Source: a virus. From it: a stretch of DNA of 64,000 nt. The stretch spans positions 16,059 through 80,058 of the IMG/VR virus record IMGVR_UViG_3300010389_003143; one strand, given 5' to 3'. How positions within the stretch are numbered: the first letter of the stretch is position 1; each line of letters opens with the position of its first letter. Under the pieces are notes generated by a model. It worked only from the letters and a program-made list of their open reading frames with translations. It was not told where the DNA came from and searched no databases. The translations under genes were made by a program, and so were the position numbers. Positions 53,613-62,796 of this stretch are shown here, piece by piece.

Positions 53613-56150
53613 TTATGCCCACTTTACGGGTCCTCGCTTGGGATATGACCTTAGGGCTTTGTTTTTCTGGATCTTTATATCAAACCCTGGCTCACTTTCG
53701 TAAACCTTGATTCTTGCCTCAGAATGATCTCTTAAATACTTACAATTATCAAAAAACTCAACGACAATAGCCTGGGTTTTCCCCTCGCTCTTTCTTATGA
53801 CTCGACCAATTCTCTGTAAGGCACGTCCAGATGACTTTCCAGATCCAGCAAGGATTAGGGCATCCAGCTCAGGTATGTCAACTCCCTGGTCGAATATCTT
53901 TGATGCTATCAGAATGTCCAGCTTACCATCTTTCATCTCCTGTATGGATTCCATGCGTATTTTTGATGTCTTTGCTCCATCTAGGAATTTTACCCTGAAA
54001 TCATCTGATAACCGGTCCATCAGAGCATCTCCGTGTCCTACTCTGACCACCAGGATGAGGACTTTTTTACCTTTGCTTACGAGCTTTTTGGCCGCCTTTA
54101 CTATTAGATCATTTCTATCATCATTTTCGACAATATAGTTCTTATATACGTCATGATAATTTTTGCCAACAGCCCTCATGACCGGTACATCTAAAAAGTA
54201 GATCTTTGGCTTTACTAGATAGTTGTTTTTTATCAAATAAGTAGCATTTATATCTACAATTTTTGGCCCAGATACAGCTTCAATTAAAATGTCATCGCCA
54301 GTATCTCTCCATGGCGTTCCTGAGAAAAGAAAACGATGTTTTGCCGAAACGCTTGCTCTATGAAGAAACTGAAGAGTTTCTGAAGCTGCATATTGGCACT
54401 CATCAAATATGAATAGTTGCGCCTCTTGAACCTTCTTTCTTACCATCGCCTTATTTAGAGCATTTATATGCTTTTTTGAATCTAAAGTGGTATCGTTATC
54501 TGTAATTTTGACCTTTTTATTGAAGGCCGATGCGGCAGACCAGATCGTCATTATGGTTACTTGCTTTGAAACATCGCATTCCCCGCCGCCGACTATGCCG
54601 CATTCTATACCGTAAGCAGATTCAATTGTTTTCTTCATCTGATAAAGAAGTTCAATACCAATAACATACACAATTGTTGGTATATTATATTTTGCAACAA
54701 CGGAAGATATAACGAAACTTTTACCAGAGTTATGAGTTACGGTAAAGTCAGATAACAAATATCTATTATCCCCATCAACTTTAAAGCCAAAATAATCGTC
54801 ATATCCAGCTTCTTCATAGGAAAATCCAGTTACTAGAACATCCTTTTTTTGCAATCTTTTTGTCGCCTTTTTTCTAGGAAGCTTACACGGAATTTCGCTT
54901 AAATCTCCAGATAGGCTGACTCTAAAGTAGTAGCCTTCTGCACCATTATTTGTGCAAATCTTTTTTTGTCTCGAAACATAAGCTGCAAAACCAAGGCTTC
55001 GTGCAACAAAAGCAAGATCCCTAGAAAGCCTCTCAGACTTAGAGATAAAATCATAACTCCTTCCATCGCAAGAACCATCCGCATCTAAGAGGCCAGCCAA
55101 AAGACTTAGTCTATCACTTCTATTTGAAGTTTTATAGTCTTGAGGAATAAATTTTGTTCCAGATCTAGTTTGGTGTAGCCCTTCTTTTCTTATTATATTT
55201 ATGAGCTTATTTTTGCCCTTATTTTTAAACCCAGTAGTGAAAAAATAAGTTAAACCATTTTTTCTTAGATTTAAGTCCAGCCTTTCCGCCTCATCTTTAC
55301 AGTAAGATATAATTTCTTCATCTACAGATGTTATTCCAATTGAATCGTGAAAGCTGCCATCACCAAGCAGTAGGCCCATAAAATATGGATCCATAGATAA
55401 TTGCTTTTTGGGAAAATCTACACCAACTCTAAATAGCTTTCTTATATGTTTACCATAATCGCTTAGCTTTTCCCATTCAGAAAATTTTATATCCTCAATA
55501 TTTCCGGCTAATTTATCACAAGCTCTACGACGAGTTCTTTTTAGGGAAAGTATATGCTCCTGGTTTATTACAAATGACTCACCCTTGGTAGGTATTATTC
55601 TTACCATCCTATCTTTTCCGCGACAGAGCTGCAGGACCCTTCTTGGCTTAGAGTCTGGACCCATAATACGATCACCAACGACTACTTCTTCCACCCTTTT
55701 TGTAGATCCATCATACATGAGCACTTCAGTGCCCCTTGCATGACAGCCCGTGGCCATCTTAATAATTCCGCTACCATTGCTATAGGCTGTTTTTACAGCG
55801 TTTAGCTGATATGCTCTGGGTTCAAAGTCACTATTTTTTTGAGGAACAGGGCTTCCATACTCTAGAGTCGGCCTTTTATCTACAATTGAATATTCAATAT
55901 TCTTGCTATTGAGAAATTCCTTGACCATAGCCAGCAGACCTATGGGGAATTTTCCGTTCTTTTGAAGAAGACGAACCTTTCCGTCCCACCCGCCATATTT
56001 CCCCTGACTTCCAAACCCACCTCGACCGCCGGCCATAAAGCTGTATCCAGGATGATCATAACTTAGCTTATTTGAAAGCTCTTTTACGTTCTCCTCGCTA
56101 ATTTGACCAATAAGCTGGCAGTTGACATTTTCTATTTTTATCTCTAGCAT
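53613..56150 (-). CDS. SF2 (UvsW/XPB-like) DNA helicase, intein-containing
   Basis: RAYQ, ATG|SGKS, DECQ, SGTPWR, IFDQGVDIP, QRIGRVIR. Confidence 0.92.
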   Translation of the reverse strand: MLEIKIENVNCQLIGQISEENVKELSNKLSYDHPGYSFMAGGRGGFGSQGKYGGWDGKVRLLQKNGKFPIGLLAMVKEFLNSKNIEYSIVDKRPTLEYGSPVPQKNSDFEPRAYQLNAVKTAYSNGSGIIKMATGCHARGTEVLMYDGSTKRVEEVVVGDRIMGPDSKPRRVLQLCRGKDRMVRIIPTKGESFVINQEHILSLKRTRRRACDKLAGNIEDIKFSEWEKLSDYGKHIRKLFRVGVDFPKKQLSMDPYFMGLLLGDGSFHDSIGITSVDEEIISYCKDEAERLDLNLRKNGLTYFFTTGFKNKGKNKLINIIRKEGLHQTRSGTKFIPQDYKTSNRSDRLSLLAGLLDADGSCDGRSYDFISKSERLSRDLAFVARSLGFAAYVSRQKKICTNNGAEGYYFRVSLSGDLSEIPCKLPRKKATKRLQKKDVLVTGFSYEEAGYDDYFGFKVDGDNRYLLSDFTVTHNSGKSFVISSVVAKYNIPTIVYVIGIELLYQMKKTIESAYGIECGIVGGGECDVSKQVTIMTIWSAASAFNKKVKITDNDTTLDSKKHINALNKAMVRKKVQEAQLFIFDECQYAASETLQFLHRASVSAKHRFLFSGTPWRDTGDDILIEAVSGPKIVDINATYLIKNNYLVKPKIYFLDVPVMRAVGKNYHDVYKNYIVENDDRNDLIVKAAKKLVSKGKKVLILVVRVGHGDALMDRLSDDFRVKFLDGAKTSKIRMESIQEMKDGKLDILIASKIFDQGVDIPELDALILAGSGKSSGRALQRIGRVIRKSEGKTQAIVVEFFDNCKYLRDHSEARIKVYESEPGFDIKIQKNKALRSYPKRGPVKWA
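54729..55745 (-). mobile_element. Intein in helicase Walker A (339 aa), VMA-like with LAGLIDADG
   Basis: ATG|CHARGTEVLMYDG...MGLLLGDGS...LLAGLLDADGS...YFGFKVDGDNRYLL.DFTVTHN|SGKS. Confidence 0.95.
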
Positions 56151-56156
56151 TTTATT

Positions 56157-56185
56157 AATTTAAGAATGGCAACAAAACATGTCAA
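56157..56185 (-). promoter_or_regulatory. Sigma70-like promoter (TTGACA-N17-TAAATT), probably leaderless
   Basis: Perfect -35; 17-nt spacer; helicase ATG 6 nt after the -10; no RBS. Confidence 0.55.
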
Positions 56186-56213
56186 CTATTACAGCAGGAA
56201 ATATTGCAGAACG

Positions 56214-57614
56214 CTACTTCTTATTCTTTCTCCTATCTATGAGGGAAGTTCTTCCGCTTGACCTCTGCATTCTGCTGAAAGCAGAATTTTTCTTCTTAAT
56301 CTTCCTATTAAGCTCTCTGCTCGTTGCGTTTACTTTGTCTTCCTCAAAATCAAGCGTCATAGTTGCTGCACTATTCTTTTCTTTTGACTCAGCAAGAAGT
56401 GCCTGCTCTTCGCTTTCTCTTTTCAGATTTTCAACTCGGTCCTTTGGAAGCCCAAGACCTGCAAACCAGCTGTAAATCTTAATTGAATCACCATCTGATG
56501 GCGTTGAATAAACGCCCTGGAAGATAGAGGCCCCATTAGTCTGCTGAGAAATCATGTGGAAGCAGTAATTGATGTTCAGAGCAGGAAGCCTCTCTAGCGC
56601 AGACTCTGGTCCTGTAATTATAACGCCGCCTGCCCTGGTCTGGCTTAAATCAAAGCCAGATGCAAGCATATTTCCGTCTAAGCTATTCATTACAGCTTCT
56701 GCTAGAGCAGTCTCCTCCATGTAATCATCAACCTCTATAACGCCGTAAGTTGAGCAGTTTCCTGCTGCAATAATCTTTGCAAAATCGCTGGGATCTAGCG
56801 AAGTAAACTTTGACGGACTACAAGTTAGCGTATTAAATACATGTAGTGGCTCGATAATGGCTTCATTTGAAACTTCCCAGAACTTTGACTGACTGAGGTC
56901 AGCATAAATCTGCTCAATTCTGGCATTATCAACAACAATAAGGTTTACAACCATCTTGTTAACTGCCATCCTTGCTAGTCGGGATAGCGTCTCTATTGAA
57001 TTCTTCTTGGACTGAGCATCTTCAGTCGCCTTAGGAAGAACATAGATAACTCCAACCTGTATTCCTGACTCAAATAGCATTGAAACCATTGTTTCAACAG
57101 AGCTTGAGCCGGTTCCACCGCCGCCCGATACCGCGACATAGACCATGTTGTTGCCGTCTACAATAGGATCGAGGAATTCGGCAAGCTGATCCTGAGATTC
57201 TTCGAAAATCTCTCTTCCGAGATCTAAGTCTTTGCCAGTTCCGCCCAGGCTCCCCTCTAGCAGCAGCTTCTGGTGCCCCGGAACTTCTATGAACTCAAGA
57301 TCTTGAGCGGAAGTATTTACGACGCCTACATCGTAACCTTTCTTGTGGAATACCTCCGCCAATCTTGAGCCAGCTTGGCCCACGCCAACTACTGCAAACT
57401 CTATACTTACGGATCTTTTAGATATAACCTGCACTTCCTCCTCCCAATCTGTTTTTTCGGTCTTCTTTGAGGCGAGCATATTGTTAAGCTTATTCAGAAC
57501 GTCCGGATCCATGCCGTCAGAGCTGCTATCCGCTTCTTCCTCTTCGCCTTCTCCAAAGGCTTCCATTAGACTTTTGTTCTCGGCTTCAATCTGCTCTTTT
57601 GTTTTTTTAGCCAT
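56214..57614 (-). CDS. Tubulin/FtsZ-family GTPase (C-terminal part of the 801-aa ORF, with its own RBS and ATG)
   Basis: VGVGQAGSRLA, GGTGKD, SGGGGTGSS (tubulin signature), VDN, SLDPSDF (T7 loop); GAGGA 7 nt before ATG 57614. Confidence 0.88.
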   Translation of the reverse strand: MAKKTKEQIEAENKSLMEAFGEGEEEEADSSSDGMDPDVLNKLNNMLASKKTEKTDWEEEVQVISKRSVSIEFAVVGVGQAGSRLAEVFHKKGYDVGVVNTSAQDLEFIEVPGHQKLLLEGSLGGTGKDLDLGREIFEESQDQLAEFLDPIVDGNNMVYVAVSGGGGTGSSSVETMVSMLFESGIQVGVIYVLPKATEDAQSKKNSIETLSRLARMAVNKMVVNLIVVDNARIEQIYADLSQSKFWEVSNEAIIEPLHVFNTLTCSPSKFTSLDPSDFAKIIAAGNCSTYGVIEVDDYMEETALAEAVMNSLDGNMLASGFDLSQTRAGGVIITGPESALERLPALNINYCFHMISQQTNGASIFQGVYSTPSDGDSIKIYSWFAGLGLPKDRVENLKRESEEQALLAESKEKNSAATMTLDFEEDKVNATSRELNRKIKKKNSAFSRMQRSSGRTSLIDRRKNKK

Positions 57615-58619
57615 TACATTTTCCTCATAATATATGTTCAGTTGTTTAAGAATTTCTTCCGAAGAAGTTACTGCGTGTGGCACGACTCCTGTTCCATTAT
57701 ACGAAATTACTCTGCAAAGATAATCCGTATGGATGTTCATGGGATCTACGTCTGTAGTTATTATATCGCACCCGAATTTTTTCGCCTCATAAAATGCCAA
57801 ACCAAGCCCTTCCCTTGTAGAGGGGGCTATTAAGCAATCTGACTTTCTATATATATTATATATCTCACTTTTGCTTAAAATATCATTTATTATCATAATA
57901 TTATTAGATTTTTCAGCAATAGTCCGCTCTTTATCTGACAATCTTCCGGTTATTATTAATTTTGAATTTTCGACCTTATCTGAGAACGCAGAAAAAGCCC
58001 TTAAGACGTTCTCCGTATTCTTTTGAGAGAATGATGGATTTAATGATGCCTGATGATAGAATGTAAACTCTCCCTCTGACTTTTTAAACTCATCCAGATG
58101 ATCATCTGCATCATTCGCATAATCCCAAGCTGTCTCATATACAGTTTCTTCTGGGAATAATCTAGACGCCGTCTTTGTTAGGGATATTATACCATCGAAT
58201 TTTGAATAAGAACCTCTTTTTAGATGGCTTAAGTCAACCCACTCTGGCATGGGTATGTCGTAAATCTTGGTCCCGCCAGACCTCTTTATTCGATCAACCC
58301 AGTCTGCCGTTGGCATAAAAGTTTCAAGAGAAAATATAATATCTATTTTATTCCTTGCAGCGAAAGTTACTATATTATTCCTGTTGTATCTGTTAACCTC
58401 AACTATATTGAGGTTATTTAAAAGATTTTTATCGCTACGATCGGGGTAAAATGGAGCAAATCTCTGGTTTACCTTTCTATACTTTTCCTTAGGGAAAAGG
58501 TAGACTTCGTTGTTCTTGGAAAGCTCCTTGTAAAGAGATTTGCCCAAATAAAACAACCCTGATTCAAATAAATATGTCTTTATTAAGATTCTCTTATTTT
58601 TCAAATTTACTAAATTCAT
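56214..58619 (-). CDS. GT4-like glycosyltransferase read in frame into the tubulin (fusion ORF)
   Basis: KN...L.AF, YRKSDCLIAPSTREGLGLAFYEA...IITTD (EX7E); no stop before the tubulin domain. Confidence 0.75.
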   Translation of the reverse strand: MNLVNLKNKRILIKTYLFESGLFYLGKSLYKELSKNNEVYLFPKEKYRKVNQRFAPFYPDRSDKNLLNNLNIVEVNRYNRNNIVTFAARNKIDIIFSLETFMPTADWVDRIKRSGGTKIYDIPMPEWVDLSHLKRGSYSKFDGIISLTKTASRLFPEETVYETAWDYANDADDHLDEFKKSEGEFTFYHQASLNPSFSQKNTENVLRAFSAFSDKVENSKLIITGRLSDKERTIAEKSNNIMIINDILSKSEIYNIYRKSDCLIAPSTREGLGLAFYEAKKFGCDIITTDVDPMNIHTDYLCRVISYNGTGVVPHAVTSSEEILKQLNIYYEENVMAKKTKEQIEAENKSLMEAFGEGEEEEADSSSDGMDPDVLNKLNNMLASKKTEKTDWEEEVQVISKRSVSIEFAVVGVGQAGSRLAEVFHKKGYDVGVVNTSAQDLEFIEVPGHQKLLLEGSLGGTGKDLDLGREIFEESQDQLAEFLDPIVDGNNMVYVAVSGGGGTGSSSVETMVSMLFESGIQVGVIYVLPKATEDAQSKKNSIETLSRLARMAVNKMVVNLIVVDNARIEQIYADLSQSKFWEVSNEAIIEPLHVFNTLTCSPSKFTSLDPSDFAKIIAAGNCSTYGVIEVDDYMEETALAEAVMNSLDGNMLASGFDLSQTRAGGVIITGPESALERLPALNINYCFHMISQQTNGASIFQGVYSTPSDGDSIKIYSWFAGLGLPKDRVENLKRESEEQALLAESKEKNSAATMTLDFEEDKVNATSRELNRKIKKKNSAFSRMQRSSGRTSLIDRRKNKK

Positions 58620-59316
58620 GCTTTAAAACTCGTACTTTAGACGCCATTCTGATTATCTCATTATTGACCCTTCCTGCATGAACTGAGTTTTCGCTATTCG
58701 TAAGCGATCCGCCATTTTTTATAACAGAGTAATAATAAAGAACTTTGTGGATATATTTTATTGGATACTTCTCCACCACACGCAACCACATATCATAATC
58801 TTCCGATATCCATAAAGATTCATCAAAGAATCCTACGTCATCAAAAACCTCCCTCTTTATCGTTGTCGATCCCGATGCAACTAAATTCTGCCTATACATT
58901 AGAGGATAGTTTATTTTAATTGGACGACTGTAGAACGGCCTCATCACCTTTGTTCTGTTGTATATTATTTTATAATTTCCACAGGTCATTGCTATGTCGC
59001 CATCTTTTCTAAACTCTTCGACGCTATAATAGAGCTTTTCCTTTGCCATTATATCGTCTGCATCTAATAGCGAGATGAGATCCGCATCGGTCGATTTAAT
59101 GCCAAGATTTCTTGCCGCCGATGGTCCAGAATTTTTATCTGTTTTCAAAAGTTTTACCTTAGGATAAAGCTTTGTTATAGCGCTAATATTTTCTGTAGAA
59201 CAATCGTCAATCACAGTTATCGAGAAATTCTTGTATGACTGCTGCAAACAGCTTTCTATTGCCTGCTTTAGATAAGGACCTGGATTGTAAGCCGGAATGA
59301 TTATTTCTACTTTCAT
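58594..59316 (-). CDS. GT2 glycosyltransferase
   Basis: IIIPAYN, IDDCS, NSGPSAARN, LDADD, EDYDMWLR. Confidence 0.92.
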   Translation of the reverse strand: MKVEIIIPAYNPGPYLKQAIESCLQQSYKNFSITVIDDCSTENISAITKLYPKVKLLKTDKNSGPSAARNLGIKSTDADLISLLDADDIMAKEKLYYSVEEFRKDGDIAMTCGNYKIIYNRTKVMRPFYSRPIKINYPLMYRQNLVASGSTTIKREVFDDVGFFDESLWISEDYDMWLRVVEKYPIKYIHKVLYYYSVIKNGGSLTNSENSVHAGRVNNEIIRMASKVRVLKHEFSKFEK

Positions 59317-59717
59317 TTTTGTTGCAACTCTTGATCGCCCTGCTTTATTTTACCCGATTGCTTTTGGCCAGGGCAAAGAGTTTGAATCAAAATAATGCAT
59401 ACAGAAAGAAATAAGCATAAAATTGTTTTTCGATCTATTGTTTCGCCCTTCATGAGATAAGAGAGGATCGCAAAAATTATAACGCCGATTCCAAAGCTTA
59501 CCAGCTTTGGCGGCCACAGATTTCCATCAAAATACTCCACAAGATACTTCCAGCCATAATAAAACAATGCACTGCATGGGATCGAGAAAGTCATTATTGT
59601 AAATAAGGGGCGCTTATCCCACCAATCATATATAAATTGTAGATTCACCTGCATCCAAGCAACTATATTTGCTATGATCAGAAGGACGAGTGAATATAAT
59701 AGAGTGTTTCCGCTCAT
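59313..59717 (-). CDS. Four-TM DMT/SMR-like membrane protein
   Basis: Four hydrophobic helices; KGE...K motif. Confidence 0.55.
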   Translation of the reverse strand: MSGNTLLYSLVLLIIANIVAWMQVNLQFIYDWWDKRPLFTIMTFSIPCSALFYYGWKYLVEYFDGNLWPPKLVSFGIGVIIFAILSYLMKGETIDRKTILCLFLSVCIILIQTLCPGQKQSGKIKQGDQELQQK

Positions 59718-59786
59718 CTTAATAAATCCATCGGAAACTGCTAATGAAAAAGGCAGCTAGCGGATAAATGCTCACGATCTCCACAG

Positions 59787-60128
59787 CTACCTCCCATAGT
59801 CATCTTGTATTCTAACTACATCATCCAGCTCAGTTGTCGAAACTTCCATTAGCTTTACATCGCCATCCGGAGCGCAGAATCTATGAATCAGCCCCGGACT
59901 AATATGCATTGATTCGCCCGGATTTAACATAATTTCTTGCAGCGAATCCTCCGAATCACCGCAAACCAGCAAAAGCCTTCCCTCTAGAACTCGGATAGTC
60001 TCTTCCTTTTCCCTGTGAAGCTGAAGAGAAAGTCTTTTTCCGCTGTTTATATGGATGATTTTCCCGGCATATCTATCTGTTTTTGCCCAAAGCTCCTCAT
60101 ATCCCCACGGCTTTTTCGTTATGCTCAT
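59787..60128 (-). CDS. Cupin, mannose-6-phosphate isomerase type II-like
   Basis: KPWGYE...LSLQLHREKEET...IHRF...EVST..LDDVVRIQDDYGR. Confidence 0.85.
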   Translation of the reverse strand: MSITKKPWGYEELWAKTDRYAGKIIHINSGKRLSLQLHREKEETIRVLEGRLLLVCGDSEDSLQEIMLNPGESMHISPGLIHRFCAPDGDVKLMEVSTTELDDVVRIQDDYGR

Positions 60129-60152
60129 AAAATCATCTCGCTTTTAATATAA

Positions 60153-61004
60153 TCACTTCTCCAACCATGCCAGCACACTTGCATGATCTATTGAAAGCTT
60201 CGCCATAAATATCTGCGAGTAAGTCCTAGTCCTACTCTTCCAAGTTGTCTTTACTTTGCTCTTCCAATCTTTAGTATCAGCAGTGCGCAAAGGCCCGAGG
60301 CCAGCAAAGCCAACGCCATCTAATCCGAAACCTGCAGTATTTGATTCAAGAGTCAAAACCTGATCGGTTGCCTGATCATAATCGATTACGAGCCAGCTAT
60401 GGCCTCTTGGCCATCTTGAGAAGCTCTGTATTAGATAAACTCCGTCTATCGGGAGGGCTCCTTGAGGCATTATTTGGCCAACACCCCATTCGGACGTGAC
60501 AGCAGGCCCATAGCCTCTGTAGATCGATTCTGTAGCCCCCTTTGCGACCTGCCACTCCTTCCACTGGTCTACCGAGAATGGTATGCCAAAACCATTGCCT
60601 ATTAAATATGAAGTAAACATTGTGCAGTTTGTTTTATCTTCGCCCAAGAATCTCGACGGCAAAAAGTCTACGCCCGGAGGAAACGTCGGAACCTGCGCAT
60701 CGGTTAGGTCGTAAGTTGCACTTTGAGCTGAGGTTAAAAGCGGATAAAATTTATCCCAATCATATAAAGCGCCAGCTGCATTTTGTGATGAAGCCAGCAG
60801 TTTTGCCCAAGTTGCAGCTCCAACTACCCCATCATCCAAAAGACCCTCAGTCGCTTGAAAATGTTTTACCAGCCCTTTTGTTTTTGGGCCGAAATCTCCA
60901 TCTACCAAGCATGAAAGGCCATGCTTATTAAGCGATTCTTGGCATAACTTCACATCAGCACCTGATGATCCAAGCTTAATTGTGCCAGGCATTTCATCTC
61001 CCAA
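60153..61004 (-). CDS. Endolysin-like protein: PG-binding domain plus Cys/His (CHAP/NlpC-like) domain
   Basis: GSSGADVK...DGDFGPKT...FQ...DGVVG..TW; NCTMF and GHSW..TLES. Confidence 0.72.
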   Translation of the reverse strand: MGDEMPGTIKLGSSGADVKLCQESLNKHGLSCLVDGDFGPKTKGLVKHFQATEGLLDDGVVGAATWAKLLASSQNAAGALYDWDKFYPLLTSAQSATYDLTDAQVPTFPPGVDFLPSRFLGEDKTNCTMFTSYLIGNGFGIPFSVDQWKEWQVAKGATESIYRGYGPAVTSEWGVGQIMPQGALPIDGVYLIQSFSRWPRGHSWLVIDYDQATDQVLTLESNTAGFGLDGVGFAGLGPLRTADTKDWKSKVKTTWKSRTRTYSQIFMAKLSIDHASVLAWLEK

Positions 61005-61062
61005 GGTAAATTAACTATCTATATTTAGACTAAATAATAGATTGCTGTTTAGCAGCGCTCTA

Positions 61063-61998
61063 TCATCTAAATAGGTCATCAAGATCTGCCCTATACATCT
61101 CTTCGAGCAATGCTCTCCAGGAATACTGCGGCTCCCAGCCTAATTCGTCCCTTATTTTAGATGGATTACCCAGCAAAAAGGGCACTTCTGATGGGCGCAT
61201 AAATCTCTGATCTGCTTCATAAACTTCATCTGGGTCCAACTCTGCCAGGCCGCATACAAATTCCAACATTTCACGAATAGTCGCTCCGCTTCCAGTGGCA
61301 ACAAGATAGTCTTCTGGCCTATCGGCCTGAAGCATCATCCACATTGCTCGCACATAATCCTTAGAGTGACCCTCATCCCTAAATGCTTCAAGATTTCCCA
61401 TCTTAAGAGTCTCTTGAAGCCCAAGCTTAACCGAGGCGACACCTCTGGTTATTTTTCTTGTGGCAAAATCAAACCCCCTTCTTGGAGAAGAGTGGTTATG
61501 CAGAATGCCGTTGCAGGCAAATAGGCCATAAGCTTCTCTGTAATTCTTCACCGCCCAAAAGGCGGCCAACTTTGCGACTCCATATGGAGATCTTGGATGA
61601 AAAGCAGAAGACTCATCGTAGCCTTTTTCGGGGCAAGCCAGGCCTCCAAACAGCTCTGAGGTACTAGCCTGATAATAACGAGTATACGGAGAGATTTGAC
61701 GTATCATTTCTAGCTGCCCAATAACCGCCCTTGCATCCACATCAAAAGTAGATAAGGGCTCTCTAAAAGACTGCCAGACATGGCTCATTGCGGCTAGGTT
61801 GTAAAATTCGTGCGGCTTATGATCATAAAGAACTCTTGAGATAAGAGTCTGATCTGTTATGTCGCCTTCAAATAATTTAAAATTTTTGTTGCCAAGCAAA
61901 TGATCAATGTTCATATACTTAACAAGGGTTCCATCCCTCAAGGCAAGTCCTACAACCTTATAGCCTTTCTCTAGGAGAAGTTCGCTGTATGATGCATC
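61063..61998 (-). pseudogene. gmd: GDP-mannose 4,6-dehydratase copy 1, N-terminally truncated
   Basis: ASTSELFG, SPYGVAK, GNL..RD.GH intact; the frame upstream of the annotated start reads DASYSELLLEKGYKVVG but lacks ITGxxGQ and a start/RBS. Confidence 0.75.
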
Positions 61999-61999
61999 A

Positions 62000-62059
62000 C
62001 TAATGACATTTATATATGCTAATATTTAATATAGTAATAGCAAAAGTAAATGTCATTAG
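62000..62059. repeat. Inverted repeat (13-bp perfect arms, imperfectly extended) upstream of the HNH gene
   Basis: CTAATGACATTTA at 62000-62012 pairs with TAAATGTCATTAG at 62047-62059. Confidence 0.8.
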
Positions 62060-62796
62060 GAGGTTTTATGGACTCTAGAATAATTAAAAAAATTCTTAAA
62101 AAAGAGTGCGAACAATGTGGTAAATTATTTGAGGTTAGAGATACGGCAAGATTAAGAGTAAAAAGGTTTTGTAGCAGAAGTTGTACCTCAAGGTTTATTA
62201 ATACTGGAAGAAAAAGATCTGAAGAGTTTAAGAAAAATTTATCAGAAAAATTAAGTGGAAAAAAAAATCCATTTTATGGGAGAAAGCACTCTGAAGAGAC
62301 TAAAAAAAAGTTATCTGAATCAAACAAGGGTTCTTATATAGATAAATATGGAGAGGAAAGGGCTCAGCTAATAAAAGCTAAATTATCTGACGCTCAAACT
62401 GGAACCAGAAATGGGTTTTATGGAAAGAAGCATTCTGAGGAATCTAAAGAATTAATATCTAGAAATCACGCAGATGTATCGGGCTCAAATAATCCCATGT
62501 ATAGAAATGGTCAAAAAATTACTGGAGAAAAAAATGGATCTTGGAAGGGTGGAGTATCATATATAGAAAGGCCAAAAGAATGGAATGATGAGCTTAAAAC
62601 TACAATTAGAAAAAGAGATGGCTTTTCATGTGCATTATGTCAAAAAAACGGATATGATGTTCATCATATTGATTATAATAAATTTAATAATTGTAAAGCA
62701 AACTTAATAACATTATGTAGAAGCTGTCATGCAAAAACAAATTTTAATCGAGAGATATGGAAAAAGATATTATTAGAGGTGATGAATGAAAAATAA
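62050..62796 (+). CDS. NUMOD3-repeat HNH homing endonuclease
   Basis: CEQC..FCSRSC finger; HSEETKKKLS/HSEESKELIS NUMOD3 repeats; CALC...HHIDYNK.NN...NLITLCRSCH; GGAGG RBS before MDSR at 62068. Confidence 0.85.
   Translation: MSLGGFMDSRIIKKILKKECEQCGKLFEVRDTARLRVKRFCSRSCTSRFINTGRKRSEEFKKNLSEKLSGKKNPFYGRKHSEETKKKLSESNKGSYIDKYGEERAQLIKAKLSDAQTGTRNGFYGKKHSEESKELISRNHADVSGSNNPMYRNGQKITGEKNGSWKGGVSYIERPKEWNDELKTTIRKRDGFSCALCQKNGYDVHHIDYNKFNNCKANLITLCRSCHAKTNFNREIWKKILLEVMNEK

Noticed and set aside
56214-57614. Calling this a nucleus-forming phage or naming the gene phuZ/ftsZ
   Set aside because: No chimallin-like gene is recognisable in the window, and the tubulin subfamily cannot be assigned by eye
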